A stretch of 64,000 nt of DNA from Nitrospirales bacterium (GTDB taxonomy: Bacteria; Nitrospirota; Nitrospiria; Nitrospirales; UBA8639). Location of the stretch: contig CBDCWC010000002.1 in NCBI GenBank assembly GCA_965223295.1, forward strand, positions 256,001 through 320,000, given 5' to 3'. The position numbers and the translations under genes were made by a program. The stretch's first letter is position 1, and each line of letters starts with the position of its first letter. Shown here in pieces: positions 32,683 to 43,194 of this stretch. The notes under the pieces were generated by a model, which was given only the letters and a program-made list of their open reading frames with translations, had not been told where the DNA came from and ran no database searches.

Positions 32683-33324
32683 GTGATGTTTTCTGTGTTT
32701 GATATAGGAGGCTTGCAGGTGCCCTATGTGGCCGGAGTCTTCCGAGATCGAAAGGTGTCTAAGGTGTCAAAGACATCAGCTGGCAAACCAGTTGGTCATG
32801 AGACTCAGTTATCCAAACAGACATTGAGCAAAGGTTCTTCGTCTTTCCCAGCCGATCTCTATGAACAGGTACAGAACTTGTCGCAGACTAGTCCCTCGAC
32901 TCTAGTGGCTCGAGACATCATGAGTTCACCGGTTACGTGCCTACCTTTAACTGCTTCGCTGGCTCAGGCTTGGGAGCTAGTGCTGAACACGCGGTTTCGG
33001 CATATTCCTATTCATTCTCAGGCTGAAATGCTTGTTGGTATTTTGTCTGACCGGGATCTTTCTCGCGGTACAGTTGAATCAGCTTTTGCTGGTATCAAAG
33101 GATCGGCTTATCTCGATAGGGTCACGATTGAACCCTATGTCAGTCATCCCGTGCTGGTGGCTGCTCCAGATACGACGTTACTGGCTCTTGCCCGCGTCTT
33201 ATTGGAGGAACGAATTGGTGCCCTTCCAGTTGTTTCACAAGAGAAAGAATTATTGGGCATGATTACTCGTAGCGATCTGTTGCGGGTGATCGTCTCGCAT
33301 CCACATTTTGAACAATGGGGGTAA
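32683..33324 (+). CDS. CBS-domain protein
   Basis: ARDIMSSPV, FRHIPI, GILSDRDL, IGALPVV, GMITRSDL. Confidence 0.9.
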   Translation: MMFSVFDIGGLQVPYVAGVFRDRKVSKVSKTSAGKPVGHETQLSKQTLSKGSSSFPADLYEQVQNLSQTSPSTLVARDIMSSPVTCLPLTASLAQAWELVLNTRFRHIPIHSQAEMLVGILSDRDLSRGTVESAFAGIKGSAYLDRVTIEPYVSHPVLVAAPDTTLLALARVLLEERIGALPVVSQEKELLGMITRSDLLRVIVSHPHFEQWG

Positions 33325-33555
33325 TAGGGACTGTAATCACTTTGGCATTGGAACATTAGATCCAAGAGGCACCTAAACCTGTAACTCAGATAGTGCGTGT
33401 CTTGTTTTTGAAAGCGGTTGTACCGTGCGGCCTCGATACGAGGCCCAAATTTATTTTCCATTGACATGAACTCTCTCTAAACGGGTGAGGAAACTTTGTA
33501 ATAGTTTGGTTGAAAGAGAGAAGAAAAACAAAATCTGGGATGTGCAAAGGAGGGA

Positions 33556-33897
33556 ATGATGCTTGCACAGGGGGAGAAGCTATTAATTGTCCATCGCCGG
33601 TTGTTTGAAAAAGACAGCGGACGGTTTTTTGTGGGAGATGTGCAGGCTTATGAAGATGGTATCGTAAAGGTCAAGGGGTATACATTTGTGAGGGATATGT
33701 GGACGGGAGCGGTCAACAAGAAATCTGATATTCGTACTAAGATGGTGTCCCTTGTTTCTGACACCTTCATTGTGTATCTCTTACCGGAAACTGTCCATCT
33801 GGATTCGGTTGAAATCAGCGGTGAGGTACTAACAGATGACCGAGGATTTACGATGGATGTCTCAGAATCAGTGTCCAAAGAAGGCTCGGTCCACTGA
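33556..33897 (+). CDS. Hypothetical protein
   Basis: 113-aa ORF with AGGAGG RBS and globular composition. Confidence 0.7.
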   Translation: MMLAQGEKLLIVHRRLFEKDSGRFFVGDVQAYEDGIVKVKGYTFVRDMWTGAVNKKSDIRTKMVSLVSDTFIVYLLPETVHLDSVEISGEVLTDDRGFTMDVSESVSKEGSVH

Positions 33898-34021
33898 TGG
33901 GGGAATGTTGAAAACAGATGCTCCACCCATCAAGGTGGGACAGGCATAATCTATTAATGGGTGATCCCTCATTCGGCTTTTTTTAAATATCTAATAATCT
34001 TGCTTGGGAGATGTGTTCTTT

Positions 34022-34465
34022 TCACCCTCCGTAGACGTTGATTAAATGGTGATCAATGAACTGATTCATGAGGTCGGTACGGGAAATCATGCCTATAAGT
34101 CGGTCATCACGGACAACAGGGATGCGAATAATCTGATGTTCGATCATTTGCTGAATGGCCATCTCAGCTGTGGCCGTTTCCTCTACCGTAATAGGTTGCG
34201 GAGTCATAATGTCTCCGGCACTTAATGTCTGCAAGTCTTTTCCGGCCGCTAGAGTTTTCAATACATCAAACTCTGAGACGATTCCGACAAGGTAATTGCC
34301 TGGTTCGATCACTGGTACGCCGCTAAATGTCCCAGAATGGATCAGGATTGCGATTTCTCGTGCACAATATTGTCGTGTGACCGCGACAATGCGAGTTTGC
34401 ATCAGATCTCTGACTTTCATGTGAAGATTGAGTGTTGGCATCATCTTTCCTTTTCCATCATTCAA
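34022..34465 (-). CDS. CBS-domain protein (single CBS pair)
   Basis: VRDLM, GVPVI, GIVSEFD, DIMT, IPVV, GMISRTDL. Confidence 0.9.
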   Translation of the reverse strand: MNDGKGKMMPTLNLHMKVRDLMQTRIVAVTRQYCAREIAILIHSGTFSGVPVIEPGNYLVGIVSEFDVLKTLAAGKDLQTLSAGDIMTPQPITVEETATAEMAIQQMIEHQIIRIPVVRDDRLIGMISRTDLMNQFIDHHLINVYGG

Positions 34466-34605
34466 TGGTGTGAGTTAGCTGAGCGTTCGCTTTTTGTTAA
34501 AAGACTCTATACATTGTGGATTTGCTGTGAGGGGATATTAGCAAAACCAGCAAAAGGAATACCAAGCGAGAATCCTCCGCCATTGATGCAGGGGGTTCAT
34601 GTATG

Positions 34606-34759
34606 CGGCAGTTCAAGAAAGTCCGCTCGCCTGCGCGAAGCCGTTTTCGTGAAACTAGGTTCAGTCAGACCGCAGCTCATTTGGGGTTTGGAGCGTCGTG
34701 GCCTGACGTGAACCCCACAAGTGACGCGAACGCGGCTGGCGGCGTTTTTCAATAGACCT
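34606..34759 (+). mobile_element. MITE-like repeat family A, divergent copy 6 with internal insert
   Basis: GGCAGTTCAAGAAAGTCCG...GGAGCGT...ACGTGA...GAACGCGGCTGGCGGCGTTTTTCAATAGACC; about 34 extra nt in the first stem. Confidence 0.65.
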
Positions 34760-34862
34760 ACCTGTACACCTTAGTGGAATCTCACATTCGAGGAACCGAT
34801 GCTGTGATATGGCGAGAATGGTAGCCCAAGAGGAGTATCGGTATTGGTGGGAAGTGAGAGGT

Positions 34863-35375
34863 TTAGGGAACTTGAATCGATTCGAGATAGGATAGTAACT
34901 GCCAAATTCGGCCTCGTACTTGGTCAGCCCATTGTGTTTCAATCGAAACCTCATCGTCAGGTATTTGAAACCACACTCCAAAGACCGGCATCTCACGTGT
35001 GCCATGACTCTCTAATGGCTCGCGGCCATCAATCATGCGATACGCTTGCCAAAAAGGAAACGTACCTCCATTGCGTTTTTGCAATGTTGTTAGGTTTGCG
35101 GGCTTGGGAACAAGATGCTTGGCTTTTGGTCCGTTCCCCATAGCTTGTGGGCCATGACAGGGTGTGCAAAACTTTTGGAATAAATAGCGGCCGCCTTTGA
35201 TGACCTCTTGTTGTTGCCCGCAGACTGTGTTGACGAACACTCCTAGGGTGAGAATGAGGACAATTACGGCTAGTTTCAAAGATCGTACAAAGCTGTTTGT
35301 TCTATTTGGGAATGATTGAAATGGAAAGGCAGGATATGAGTAACTATCTAATTTTCTAGAGTTCAGTTGAATCAT
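34863..35375 (-). CDS. Periplasmic mono-heme cytochrome c
   Basis: Signal/TM segment; CTPCHG; PANLT; SHGTREMPVFG distal-Met motif; start uncertain. Confidence 0.9.
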   Translation of the reverse strand: MIQLNSRKLDSYSYPAFPFQSFPNRTNSFVRSLKLAVIVLILTLGVFVNTVCGQQQEVIKGGRYLFQKFCTPCHGPQAMGNGPKAKHLVPKPANLTTLQKRNGGTFPFWQAYRMIDGREPLESHGTREMPVFGVWFQIPDDEVSIETQWADQVRGRIWQLLSYLESIQVP

Positions 35376-35504
35376 ATTATGATCATATCAGTCATGTGGT
35401 TTTTTGAGAAGAGCTGAGAGGAACTTGATCATTAGAAAGGAACGAATTTTTGTTATTATGCAAACAATGGTAGTTGATGGGGTTTTCGTCTAAGTGAGTG
35501 TGGC

Positions 35505-36746
35505 ATGGTGAACATTCTAGTCGTCAATTGTGGAAGTTCATCCCTCAAGTTTTCGGTGTATGCGATGGAGGGCTTTTCTCAGGATCGGGAACTGAGGAAA
35601 GACCAGAGGTTGCTCCATGGAGCAATAACTGGGATTGGGGGCGAGGCTCAATGCCTCCTTACTAACCATCAGAGCGAGGCTCACCTTTTATCATGGCATA
35701 TTTCCGATATCCAGTCCGCCATTGCATGGATGTCTGAAATGTTACAAGATCCTCAACGGTCTCCGGTAACCTGGAAGGACATTGAAGCGGTTGGCCACCG
35801 AGTTGTGCATGGAGGTGATACCTTCACCGAAGCTGTGCATATCGATGACAATGTGATCAGCCAGATAGAAGCACTGAATGACTTGGCTCCGTTGCATAAT
35901 CCGGTCTGTCTGGCAGGCATTCGTTCGTTGCAACAGTTGATGGGTAAAAAGGTGCCAATGGTGGCGGTATTTGATACGGCGTTTCATTCCACATTGCCTG
36001 AGTATGCTCGAACCTACGCGCTACCGTTGGAACTAGCGACAAGGACAGGTATTCGACGATATGGCTTTCATGGTATTGCTCATGCGTCGTTGGCACTGGG
36101 TTACGCCCAATTCACAGGGAAATCATCTCAAGAATCGCGTCTGATCACTCTGCAATTGGGCCATGGCTGTTCGATGGCGGCTATTGATCGAGGAAAGTCT
36201 ATTGAGACCTCCATGGGCTTGACTCCTCTGGAAGGCTTAGTCATGGGAACACGGTCGGGAAATATCGATCCTGCTGTGGTTTTTTATCTGATGAAACACC
36301 ATGGGATGAACCTCGCAGAAGTTGAGCAACTTCTGAATGCACAATCTGGGCTACTAGGGATTTCTGGACGATCTTCAGATATGCAAGTGTTGCTGAAGGC
36401 GGCACGTGAAGACCAAGACAAACGGGCGCAATTGGCGATCGACATGTTTTGTTATCGCATACAGCAATTTCTTGGAGCCTATATGGCTGTCTTGCAAGGA
36501 GTAGACGCCATCGTATTTGGGGGAGGGATTGGAGAGCATTCATCGCAGGTACGAGAAAAAGTTTGCAGTGGAATGAAATGGTGTGGACTGCAATTAGATC
36601 CTACTCGAAATGAACAGGCTGTCAATGTGCGGTCAGGTGATGCGGCTAAGATAAGCTGCGATGATTCGACCATTGCAGTCTATGTTGTCGCGACGGATGA
36701 AGAAACACTGATTGCTCAGGAGACCTATCGTTCTCTTAAGCAATAG
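35505..36746 (+). CDS. ackA: Acetate kinase
   Basis: NCGSSSLK, GHRVVHGG, APLHN, VFDTAFH, RRYGFHG, TSMGLTPLEGLVMGTRSG, TDEE. Confidence 0.96.
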   Translation: MVNILVVNCGSSSLKFSVYAMEGFSQDRELRKDQRLLHGAITGIGGEAQCLLTNHQSEAHLLSWHISDIQSAIAWMSEMLQDPQRSPVTWKDIEAVGHRVVHGGDTFTEAVHIDDNVISQIEALNDLAPLHNPVCLAGIRSLQQLMGKKVPMVAVFDTAFHSTLPEYARTYALPLELATRTGIRRYGFHGIAHASLALGYAQFTGKSSQESRLITLQLGHGCSMAAIDRGKSIETSMGLTPLEGLVMGTRSGNIDPAVVFYLMKHHGMNLAEVEQLLNAQSGLLGISGRSSDMQVLLKAAREDQDKRAQLAIDMFCYRIQQFLGAYMAVLQGVDAIVFGGGIGEHSSQVREKVCSGMKWCGLQLDPTRNEQAVNVRSGDAAKISCDDSTIAVYVVATDEETLIAQETYRSLKQ

Positions 36747-36814
36747 AATGGATGGGAGCAGTGTTTCCTTCTATTACCTTGAACCTTCATACTTTTCCTT
36801 CTTCTAGATAGGAG

Positions 36815-39187
36815 ATGAATATGACATCGAGTATTTCAGAGCAAGAACTTGTCGATATCGATGCCTACTGGCGGGCGGCCAATTATTTGTCTGTTGGTCA
36901 GATCTATCTACTCGATAATCCGTTACTAAGGAAACCGCTCAGACTCGAGCATGTGAAACGACGTTTATTGGGGCATTGGGGTACAACGCCAGGGCTAAAT
37001 TTTATTTATGTTCATTTGAATCGTCTTATTAAAAAGTATGATCTGAGCATGTTGTATATTGCGGGTCCTGGCCATGGTGGGCCAGGATTAGTTGCGAACA
37101 CCTATCTCGAGGGAACCTATACGGAAGTGTATCCCAATATTTCACAAGATGTAGAGGGCTTGCGAAAACTGTTTAAGCAGTTTTCATTTCCGGGAGGTGT
37201 TCCGAGTCATGTGGCGCCTGAAACTCCGGGGTCGATTCATGAAGGCGGGGAGCTTGGCTATGCGTTATCTCATGCCTTTGGTGCGGTATTCGATAATCCC
37301 GATTTAATTGTGGCGTGTGTAGTAGGTGATGGCGAAGCGGAAACCGGGCCACTAGCCACGGCCTGGCATTCTAATAAATTCCTGAATCCCATAAGTGATG
37401 GAGCGGTTCTACCTATTCTCCATCTTAATGGGTACAAGATTGCTAATCCAACCTTGTTGGCACGTATTAGCCATGAGGAATTGAACAACTTGTTTTTGGG
37501 ATACGGCTATCAACCTCATTTTGTGGAAGGGGCAGATCCAAAAGCCATGCATCGACTCATGGCTCAAACACTAGAGGATGTGGTGAATGAAATTCAGGCT
37601 ATTCAACAACAAGCCCGAAACGTGGGAGATGTCACACGGCCTCGTTGGCCAATGATCATTTTGCGAACGCCGAAGGGTTGGACAGGTCCACAAGAAGTGG
37701 ATGGCAAAAAGACTGAGGATTCATGGCGATCCCACCAAGTCCCATTTTCGGATATGGCGACCAACAAGAAGCATCTCAAGCTATTGGAAGATTGGTTGAA
37801 GAGTTATCACCCTGAAGAGCTGTTCGATAAAGAGGGACAACTCCTTCCACGGTTGGCTGCATTGGCTCCAAAAGGCATTAGACGGATGGGAGCCAATCCT
37901 CATACGAACGGTGGCCTGCTTCTGAAAGAGTTGAAGATGCCGGCCTTTCAAGATTATGCCGTGGATGTCCCTAAACCAGGCACCGTCATGGCTGAGGCTA
38001 CGCGGGTGATGGGGCAGTTTCTTCGAGATGTGATGAAGTGCAATTTGGCAAACCGGAACTTTCTGGTATTTGGGCCAGATGAGACAGCTTCGAATCGGTT
38101 GAATGCCCTATTTGAAGTTACGAAGCGACGGTGGATAGCGAAAACTATTCCGGAGGATGATCATCTCTCAACCGACGGGCGTGTATTGGAAATGCTCAGT
38201 GAACATACTTGCCAAGGATGGTTAGAAGGCTATCTTCTGACCGGGCGTCATGGATTTTTCTCCTGCTACGAGGCCTTTATCCATCTTATTGATTCCATGT
38301 TCAATCAACATGCGAAATGGTTGAAGGTCACACGTGAAGATATTCCCTGGCGTCGGCCTATTGCGTCCTTGAACTATTTGTTGACATCCCATGTCTGGCG
38401 GCAAGATCACAATGGTTTTTCTCATCAAGACCCTGGCTTTATCGATCATGTGGTGAACAAGAAAGCCGAAGTGATTCGTGTGTATTTGCCGCCTGATGCG
38501 AATAGCTTGTTATTCACGGTCGATAAATGTCTACGTAGTCGAAACCTGGTGAATGTGATCGTCGCGGGTAAACAGCCGGGTTTGCAGTATCTCAGTATGG
38601 ATGCGGCTATTAAACATTGCACGGCTGGCATTGGCATCTGGGAATGGGCGAGTAACGACAAAGGGGAAGAGCCGGATGTGGTGATGGCCTGTGCTGGCGA
38701 TGTGCCGACATTGGAAACCTTGGCGGCCGTTGATCTGTTACGGAAACAAGTGCCTGACTTGAAAGTCCGTGTAGTGAATGTGGTGAACTTGATGAAACTG
38801 CAACCGCAGAACGCGCATCCCCATGGTCTGTCGGATCAAGAGTTTGACACGTTGTTCACGACTGACAAGCCGATTATCTTTGCGTTTCATGGATATCCCT
38901 GGTTGATTCATCGTCTGACCTACCGTCGAACAAACCATAAAAATCTTCATGTCCGGGGATATAAAGAAGAAGGGTCGACAACGACGCCATTTGACATGGT
39001 CGTCCTCAATGATCTTGATCGTTTTCATCTTGTGGCTGATGTCATTGATCGTGTTCCTCAACTAGGCTATCTGGCTGCGTATGCCAAACAGGCCATCCGT
39101 GACAAACGCATTGACCATAAAACGTATATCTCGACATATGGGGATGATATGCCTGAAATCCGTGATTGGAAGTGGTCTCACAAGTGA
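36815..39187 (+). CDS. xfp: Xylulose-5-P/fructose-6-P phosphoketolase
   Basis: [25 protein letters not shown] (TPP motif), [11 protein letters not shown]. Confidence 0.96.
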   Translation: MNMTSSISEQELVDIDAYWRAANYLSVGQIYLLDNPLLRKPLRLEHVKRRLLGHWGTTPGLNFIYVHLNRLIKKYDLSMLYIAGPGHGGPGLVANTYLEGTYTEVYPNISQDVEGLRKLFKQFSFPGGVPSHVAPETPGSIHEGGELGYALSHAFGAVFDNPDLIVACVVGDGEAETGPLATAWHSNKFLNPISDGAVLPILHLNGYKIANPTLLARISHEELNNLFLGYGYQPHFVEGADPKAMHRLMAQTLEDVVNEIQAIQQQARNVGDVTRPRWPMIILRTPKGWTGPQEVDGKKTEDSWRSHQVPFSDMATNKKHLKLLEDWLKSYHPEELFDKEGQLLPRLAALAPKGIRRMGANPHTNGGLLLKELKMPAFQDYAVDVPKPGTVMAEATRVMGQFLRDVMKCNLANRNFLVFGPDETASNRLNALFEVTKRRWIAKTIPEDDHLSTDGRVLEMLSEHTCQGWLEGYLLTGRHGFFSCYEAFIHLIDSMFNQHAKWLKVTREDIPWRRPIASLNYLLTSHVWRQDHNGFSHQDPGFIDHVVNKKAEVIRVYLPPDANSLLFTVDKCLRSRNLVNVIVAGKQPGLQYLSMDAAIKHCTAGIGIWEWASNDKGEEPDVVMACAGDVPTLETLAAVDLLRKQVPDLKVRVVNVVNLMKLQPQNAHPHGLSDQEFDTLFTTDKPIIFAFHGYPWLIHRLTYRRTNHKNLHVRGYKEEGSTTTPFDMVVLNDLDRFHLVADVIDRVPQLGYLAAYAKQAIRDKRIDHKTYISTYGDDMPEIRDWKWSHK

Positions 39188-39210
39188 AGAATTGGGATTC
39201 GAGCGATACC

Positions 39211-39401
39211 GGGTCGGTTGAAAAAAGCCGCCAGCGGCGTTCTCACCATTTTTCCGTGCTCACGTAGCACCAGTACGCTCCGCGCGTAACAATGGCTGCG
39301 GCCTTGCTGGACGGACTTTTTTGAACTGACCCGACGCTGTTGATCGCTAAGGGCTTCCTGGTGAAATATGGCTTTTGATGTCTTCATTGTTCAACACTCC
39401 T
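39211..39401 (-). mobile_element. MITE-like repeat family A, copy 7
   Basis: Reverse-oriented full copy; direct repeat ATACC at 39206-39210 and 39402-39406. Confidence 0.85.
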
Positions 39402-39411
39402 ATACCATACG

Positions 39412-40206
39412 ATGATCAAAGTAGGTATGATATTCTGCTCGCCGCATGCAACTATGACAAACGTAATATGCCATAATAGCTCTGTCTTCTTCCTTGTGTG
39501 TTTTTTTACTTGGATCTTACCGGGAATGGTAGATGAAGGATGGTCAGGCATGGATCAGGATTATTCACGACAGGTTGAACGGGATAGAATGGTCGATGAT
39601 CAAATTGTCGGAGAGGGAATTGTTGATCCAGCCGTGATTGCGGCAATGCGGAGGGTTCCTCGACATCGGTTTATTCCTGACTCTGGATCCGAAGAGGCTT
39701 ACGGAAATTTTCCACTTCCTATTGGATATGAACAAACCATCTCTCAGCCATTTATTGTCGCGTTTATGACGGAAGCTTTGAAGTTACAACCCGGGGAGAA
39801 AGTTTTGGAAATCGGAACCGGCTCTGGGTATCAGGCTGCGATCCTGGCCGAGCTCGGAGTAGAAGTGTTGACGATTGAAATAGTGGGCCCCCTGGCCGCG
39901 CGTGCTGCCGAGAGACTCGCACAATTGGGCTACGACAATGTGAGAGTACGAACTGGAGATGGCTATCAAGGTTGGCCAGAGGAAAGCCCGTTTGATGTGG
40001 TAATCTTGACCGCATCGCCAGATCATATACCCGAGCCACTCTTGGCGCAGTTGGCAATTGGGGGGCGCCTCATTGCTCCTGTTGGGGCGCATTCTCAACA
40101 TTTGGTTCTGATTCAACGAACCAAAGAGGGTTATGAGTCAAAAGATTTATTGCCTGTGCGTTTTGTCCCGATGACTGGACAGGCTGAGCAAAGCCCCCCG
40201 AAATAA
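39412..40206 (+). CDS. pcm: Protein-L-isoaspartate O-methyltransferase
   Basis: VPRHRF, QTISQP, VLEIGTGSGYQAA, GDGYQGWP, VRFVPM; hydrophobic N-terminal extension; start uncertain. Confidence 0.93.
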   Translation: MIKVGMIFCSPHATMTNVICHNSSVFFLVCFFTWILPGMVDEGWSGMDQDYSRQVERDRMVDDQIVGEGIVDPAVIAAMRRVPRHRFIPDSGSEEAYGNFPLPIGYEQTISQPFIVAFMTEALKLQPGEKVLEIGTGSGYQAAILAELGVEVLTIEIVGPLAARAAERLAQLGYDNVRVRTGDGYQGWPEESPFDVVILTASPDHIPEPLLAQLAIGGRLIAPVGAHSQHLVLIQRTKEGYESKDLLPVRFVPMTGQAEQSPPK

Positions 40207-40492
40207 TAGGGGTAAAGAAATGTTGTGTTTGACTAATAAAAAGCTTCTTATGATGCGCGACGATCTCCTCCAGAATGCGCCTCTCTAACCTGTAGAAAAA
40301 ATCCACAGATTTTTTAAGGCGTAACCTGCATGCGTGCCTAAAAGGGGCAATTTTTTGCCAATTTGGGCTGTTTCCATCGAGGTCTGGATTTTGCTTCCAC
40401 TCTCAGACTAAGTATGACCAGTTCTGTTTCAGCTGATCTGGCTGAAGGGAGCCTGCATCCCAACAATTTGATGCTAATAGAAGAGAACGGGG

Positions 40493-40918
40493 ATGGAAGA
40501 GATCCCGATTCACCCCAACCCGGACACGGTGAAAGCTTGTACCATACTTGTGGTGGATGAAGATGAGGCCATGCGAGCGTTGTTGGTTGATGCTCTGCAG
40601 GAGAATGGTTGCCGGGTCATGGAGTCTCTTGACGGAAAGGGGGCCTTAGAAATTCTTCAGAAGGTCATGCCAAATGTGATTGTGACGGACTTGAAGATTC
40701 CCGATGGAGGGTATTTATATTTGCGACTACTAAAATCCGCGGCGCCACAAAGTGCTGTTGTCGTGATGACCGCTCATGGCGACAGCCAATCAAAGACCAA
40801 AGCGCTTGAATGCGGTGCCCAAGCCTACTTTGAAAAGCCCTTACATTTAAAGCATTTAAAAGACTGGATTTCGGATAGCTGTATGGAAAATCCATGCAGA
40901 CATACGAGAGATTCCTAA
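40493..40918 (+). CDS. Single-domain response regulator
   Basis: ILVVDED, VTDLKIP, VMTAHG, FEKP receiver motifs. Confidence 0.88.
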   Translation: MEEIPIHPNPDTVKACTILVVDEDEAMRALLVDALQENGCRVMESLDGKGALEILQKVMPNVIVTDLKIPDGGYLYLRLLKSAAPQSAVVVMTAHGDSQSKTKALECGAQAYFEKPLHLKHLKDWISDSCMENPCRHTRDS

Positions 40919-40955
40919 GCCATTTGCGAAAAGCTGAAAGGAGCAGATCAGTACG

Positions 40956-42356
40956 ATGGCCGGATCGTATATACCAACAGGAGCAAATAGTCCTGATGAT
41001 ATTCAGCAACACCTTGAAGGCTTGAAGTTCCTAGCCGAACATGTGAATGAGCCTATTGCCATTCTTGATGCTGATTTGAAGGTCGTTTATGCTAATCCGT
41101 CAGCTGATCAGTTGATCAAAGACTGCCCTTCTATCCCCCCTCACGTTTCCGCTTCGTCGGAGGCTGTGAATGAACATCCCAACTTTTGTACGCCTTGTCA
41201 TGTCATGAGCCTGTTTCGGCCGCATGAGAAAGTTGAACATTCATTTTCGATCGAAAGCACATGGGTTTGTCCTTTACCTCGAGTGGTGCCCATTTACAGT
41301 AAATCTGGGAGTGCACGTTTTGCCGTCCTCATGGCGGCGCATTCTGATCGAGGAGTGTGTGAGGAGGTGCCGTTGATCCATGGACAGGCTCCTGCGTATT
41401 CCGAAGAGCCATTGATTGATGAAATGTCCGAGCACGCGATTATTGGTGAAAGTAAGCCTATGCAACAATTGTTGCGTATGATTCACTTAATAGCGGCTAG
41501 TGAAGCCACGGTATTGATCCAGGGTGAGAGCGGGACCGGGAAAGAATTAGTCGCCAAAACGATTCATGCCTTGAGTCATCGTCGGCAGAGGCCCTTTGTC
41601 GTGGTGGAATGTAGCTCGTTGCCCGAAACGTTGCTGGAAAGCGAATTATTTGGTCATGTGCGGGGAGCCTTTACCGGAGCTGTGGCTGAACGGAAGGGTC
41701 TGTTTGAAGAAGCCGAAGGCGGTACGATTTTTTTAGATGAAATAGCTGATACCACTCCAGCCTTTCAAGCGCGATTGCTTCGAGTGCTCCAGGAGGGAGA
41801 GATTAAGCCAGTTGGGAGTAATCAATCTATCAAAGTGAATGTCCGTATCCTCTCAGCGGGCAATACGCCTCTTGAAGAGTTGGTAAAAGTCAAGAAGTTC
41901 CGTGCTGATTTGTATTACCGGTTGGCGGTATTGCCACTCACTGTTCCTTCCTTACGTGACCGCAAGGAAGATATTCCATTATTAGTGCAGCATTTCTTAC
42001 GAAAGTCGACACAAAAACACGATCGTGCTCCGATGATGGTAAGCCGCGAGGCGCAGTTGGTCTTAATTCAACATCAGTGGCCGGGCAATGTTCGTGAGTT
42101 AGAAAATATTATTGAACGTGGAGTAGTGACGTGTCATGCTCAAACTCTAGAACCCAAAGATTTGTTAATTGAGCATACAGGAGAGCCAGGAAGGAAGGAT
42201 TTGAATAGCATTGGGAAAGTTGCACGCCAGGAAGCTGAGCGAAAACAAATTCTGCAAGCCCTTCATGATACCAAAGGAGATAAAACGCGTGCTGCCAGAC
42301 TTTTGAACATTAGTCGATCAAGTCTCTACAACAAGTTGAGAGATTGTAATATTTAG
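40956..42356 (+). CDS. Sigma54-dependent enhancer-binding protein with Cys-rich PAS-like N-terminus
   Basis: GESGTGKE, GAFTGA, WPGNVREL, HTH; N-terminus PIAILDADLKVVYAN followed by DCP, CTPCH, VCP. Confidence 0.93.
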   Translation: MAGSYIPTGANSPDDIQQHLEGLKFLAEHVNEPIAILDADLKVVYANPSADQLIKDCPSIPPHVSASSEAVNEHPNFCTPCHVMSLFRPHEKVEHSFSIESTWVCPLPRVVPIYSKSGSARFAVLMAAHSDRGVCEEVPLIHGQAPAYSEEPLIDEMSEHAIIGESKPMQQLLRMIHLIAASEATVLIQGESGTGKELVAKTIHALSHRRQRPFVVVECSSLPETLLESELFGHVRGAFTGAVAERKGLFEEAEGGTIFLDEIADTTPAFQARLLRVLQEGEIKPVGSNQSIKVNVRILSAGNTPLEELVKVKKFRADLYYRLAVLPLTVPSLRDRKEDIPLLVQHFLRKSTQKHDRAPMMVSREAQLVLIQHQWPGNVRELENIIERGVVTCHAQTLEPKDLLIEHTGEPGRKDLNSIGKVARQEAERKQILQALHDTKGDKTRAARLLNISRSSLYNKLRDCNI

Positions 42357-42475
42357 TAAGTAGAACATTCCTGCCCTAAGTTGCTACACTTCTTGTTTCT
42401 TACATGCTCCCCTCCTTTAAGCGTGTCCCTTGCTGAAAAATATGAACAACTGCTGTGTTTATCGATTTAGATCCA

Positions 42476-42688
42476 GGGTCTGTTGAAGAATGAAGATATC
42501 AAGGAGCAGATTTCTCCAGGATACCGTTAACGAGAGAGGCCTCGTGTCGGTTCAAAAAAGTCGGTCCAGTCCTGCCCTGAGCTCGTCGAAGGGAAGGCCC
42601 CAGCTCTTTTTGCTTGCGGAGCATACTGGCACGACGTGAGCACGGGAAAATGGCGAGAACGCCGCTGGCGGCTTTTTTCAGCAGACCC
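42476..42688 (+). mobile_element. MITE-like repeat family A, copy 8, with 23-nt nested insert
   Basis: GGGTCTGTTGA...TCAGCAGACCC; insert CCTGCCCTGAGCTCGTCGAAGGG at 42571-42593. Confidence 0.85.
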
Positions 42689-42973
42689 AAATTGAGAATT
42701 TTACTATTCCCGCACGCTCCTCATATCTGTCTTATTTTTTTTCTTATCATGCAATATTTTGTGTCCAAAAAATTATGCACATAAATCATTGATTACTAGC
42801 ATTTTATTATACAAATGACAATTTAAATGCCACGGTGTTGTGGAATATTGCCACATAATTTGACTCTCTATTTTCACAAGCTTGGTTTTTTTTGATCTTG
42901 ATTGCGTTGTGGCGTAGTGCTGCTTTCTGTTACAGATATAGCGCTTGTGGTTTTTTATAGGGTACTTGTACCA

Positions 42974-42989
42974 TGGCAATCACATTGAT
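42974..42989 (+). promoter_or_regulatory. Putative sigma54 promoter (variant -12) of first giant MCO
   Basis: TGGCAATCACATTGAT; positioned like the promoter at 48758 relative to its gene. Confidence 0.5.
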
Positions 42990-43194
42990 TGAAGTGTAAT
43001 CGATGGGGTTTTGGTATGCCCAAACTTCTCTACCGCTAGAAGAGCGAGAAAGTTTGGTGTTGTCACCATATTCTTAGAGAATTGAACGACTGAAAATAAT
43101 TTAGAAAAGCAACAGAAAATTTGGACTATAAATTTAATTTAGCGTTTGATTTTTTATTCACCAAACAACGTCTTAGGTAAAGGAGGCCGGAGTT

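Noticed and set aside
40380-40395. AGGTCTGGATTTTGCT as a sigma54 promoter for the 40493 gene
   Set aside because: GG-N10-GC spacing is right but the -24 element is poor; left uncalled.
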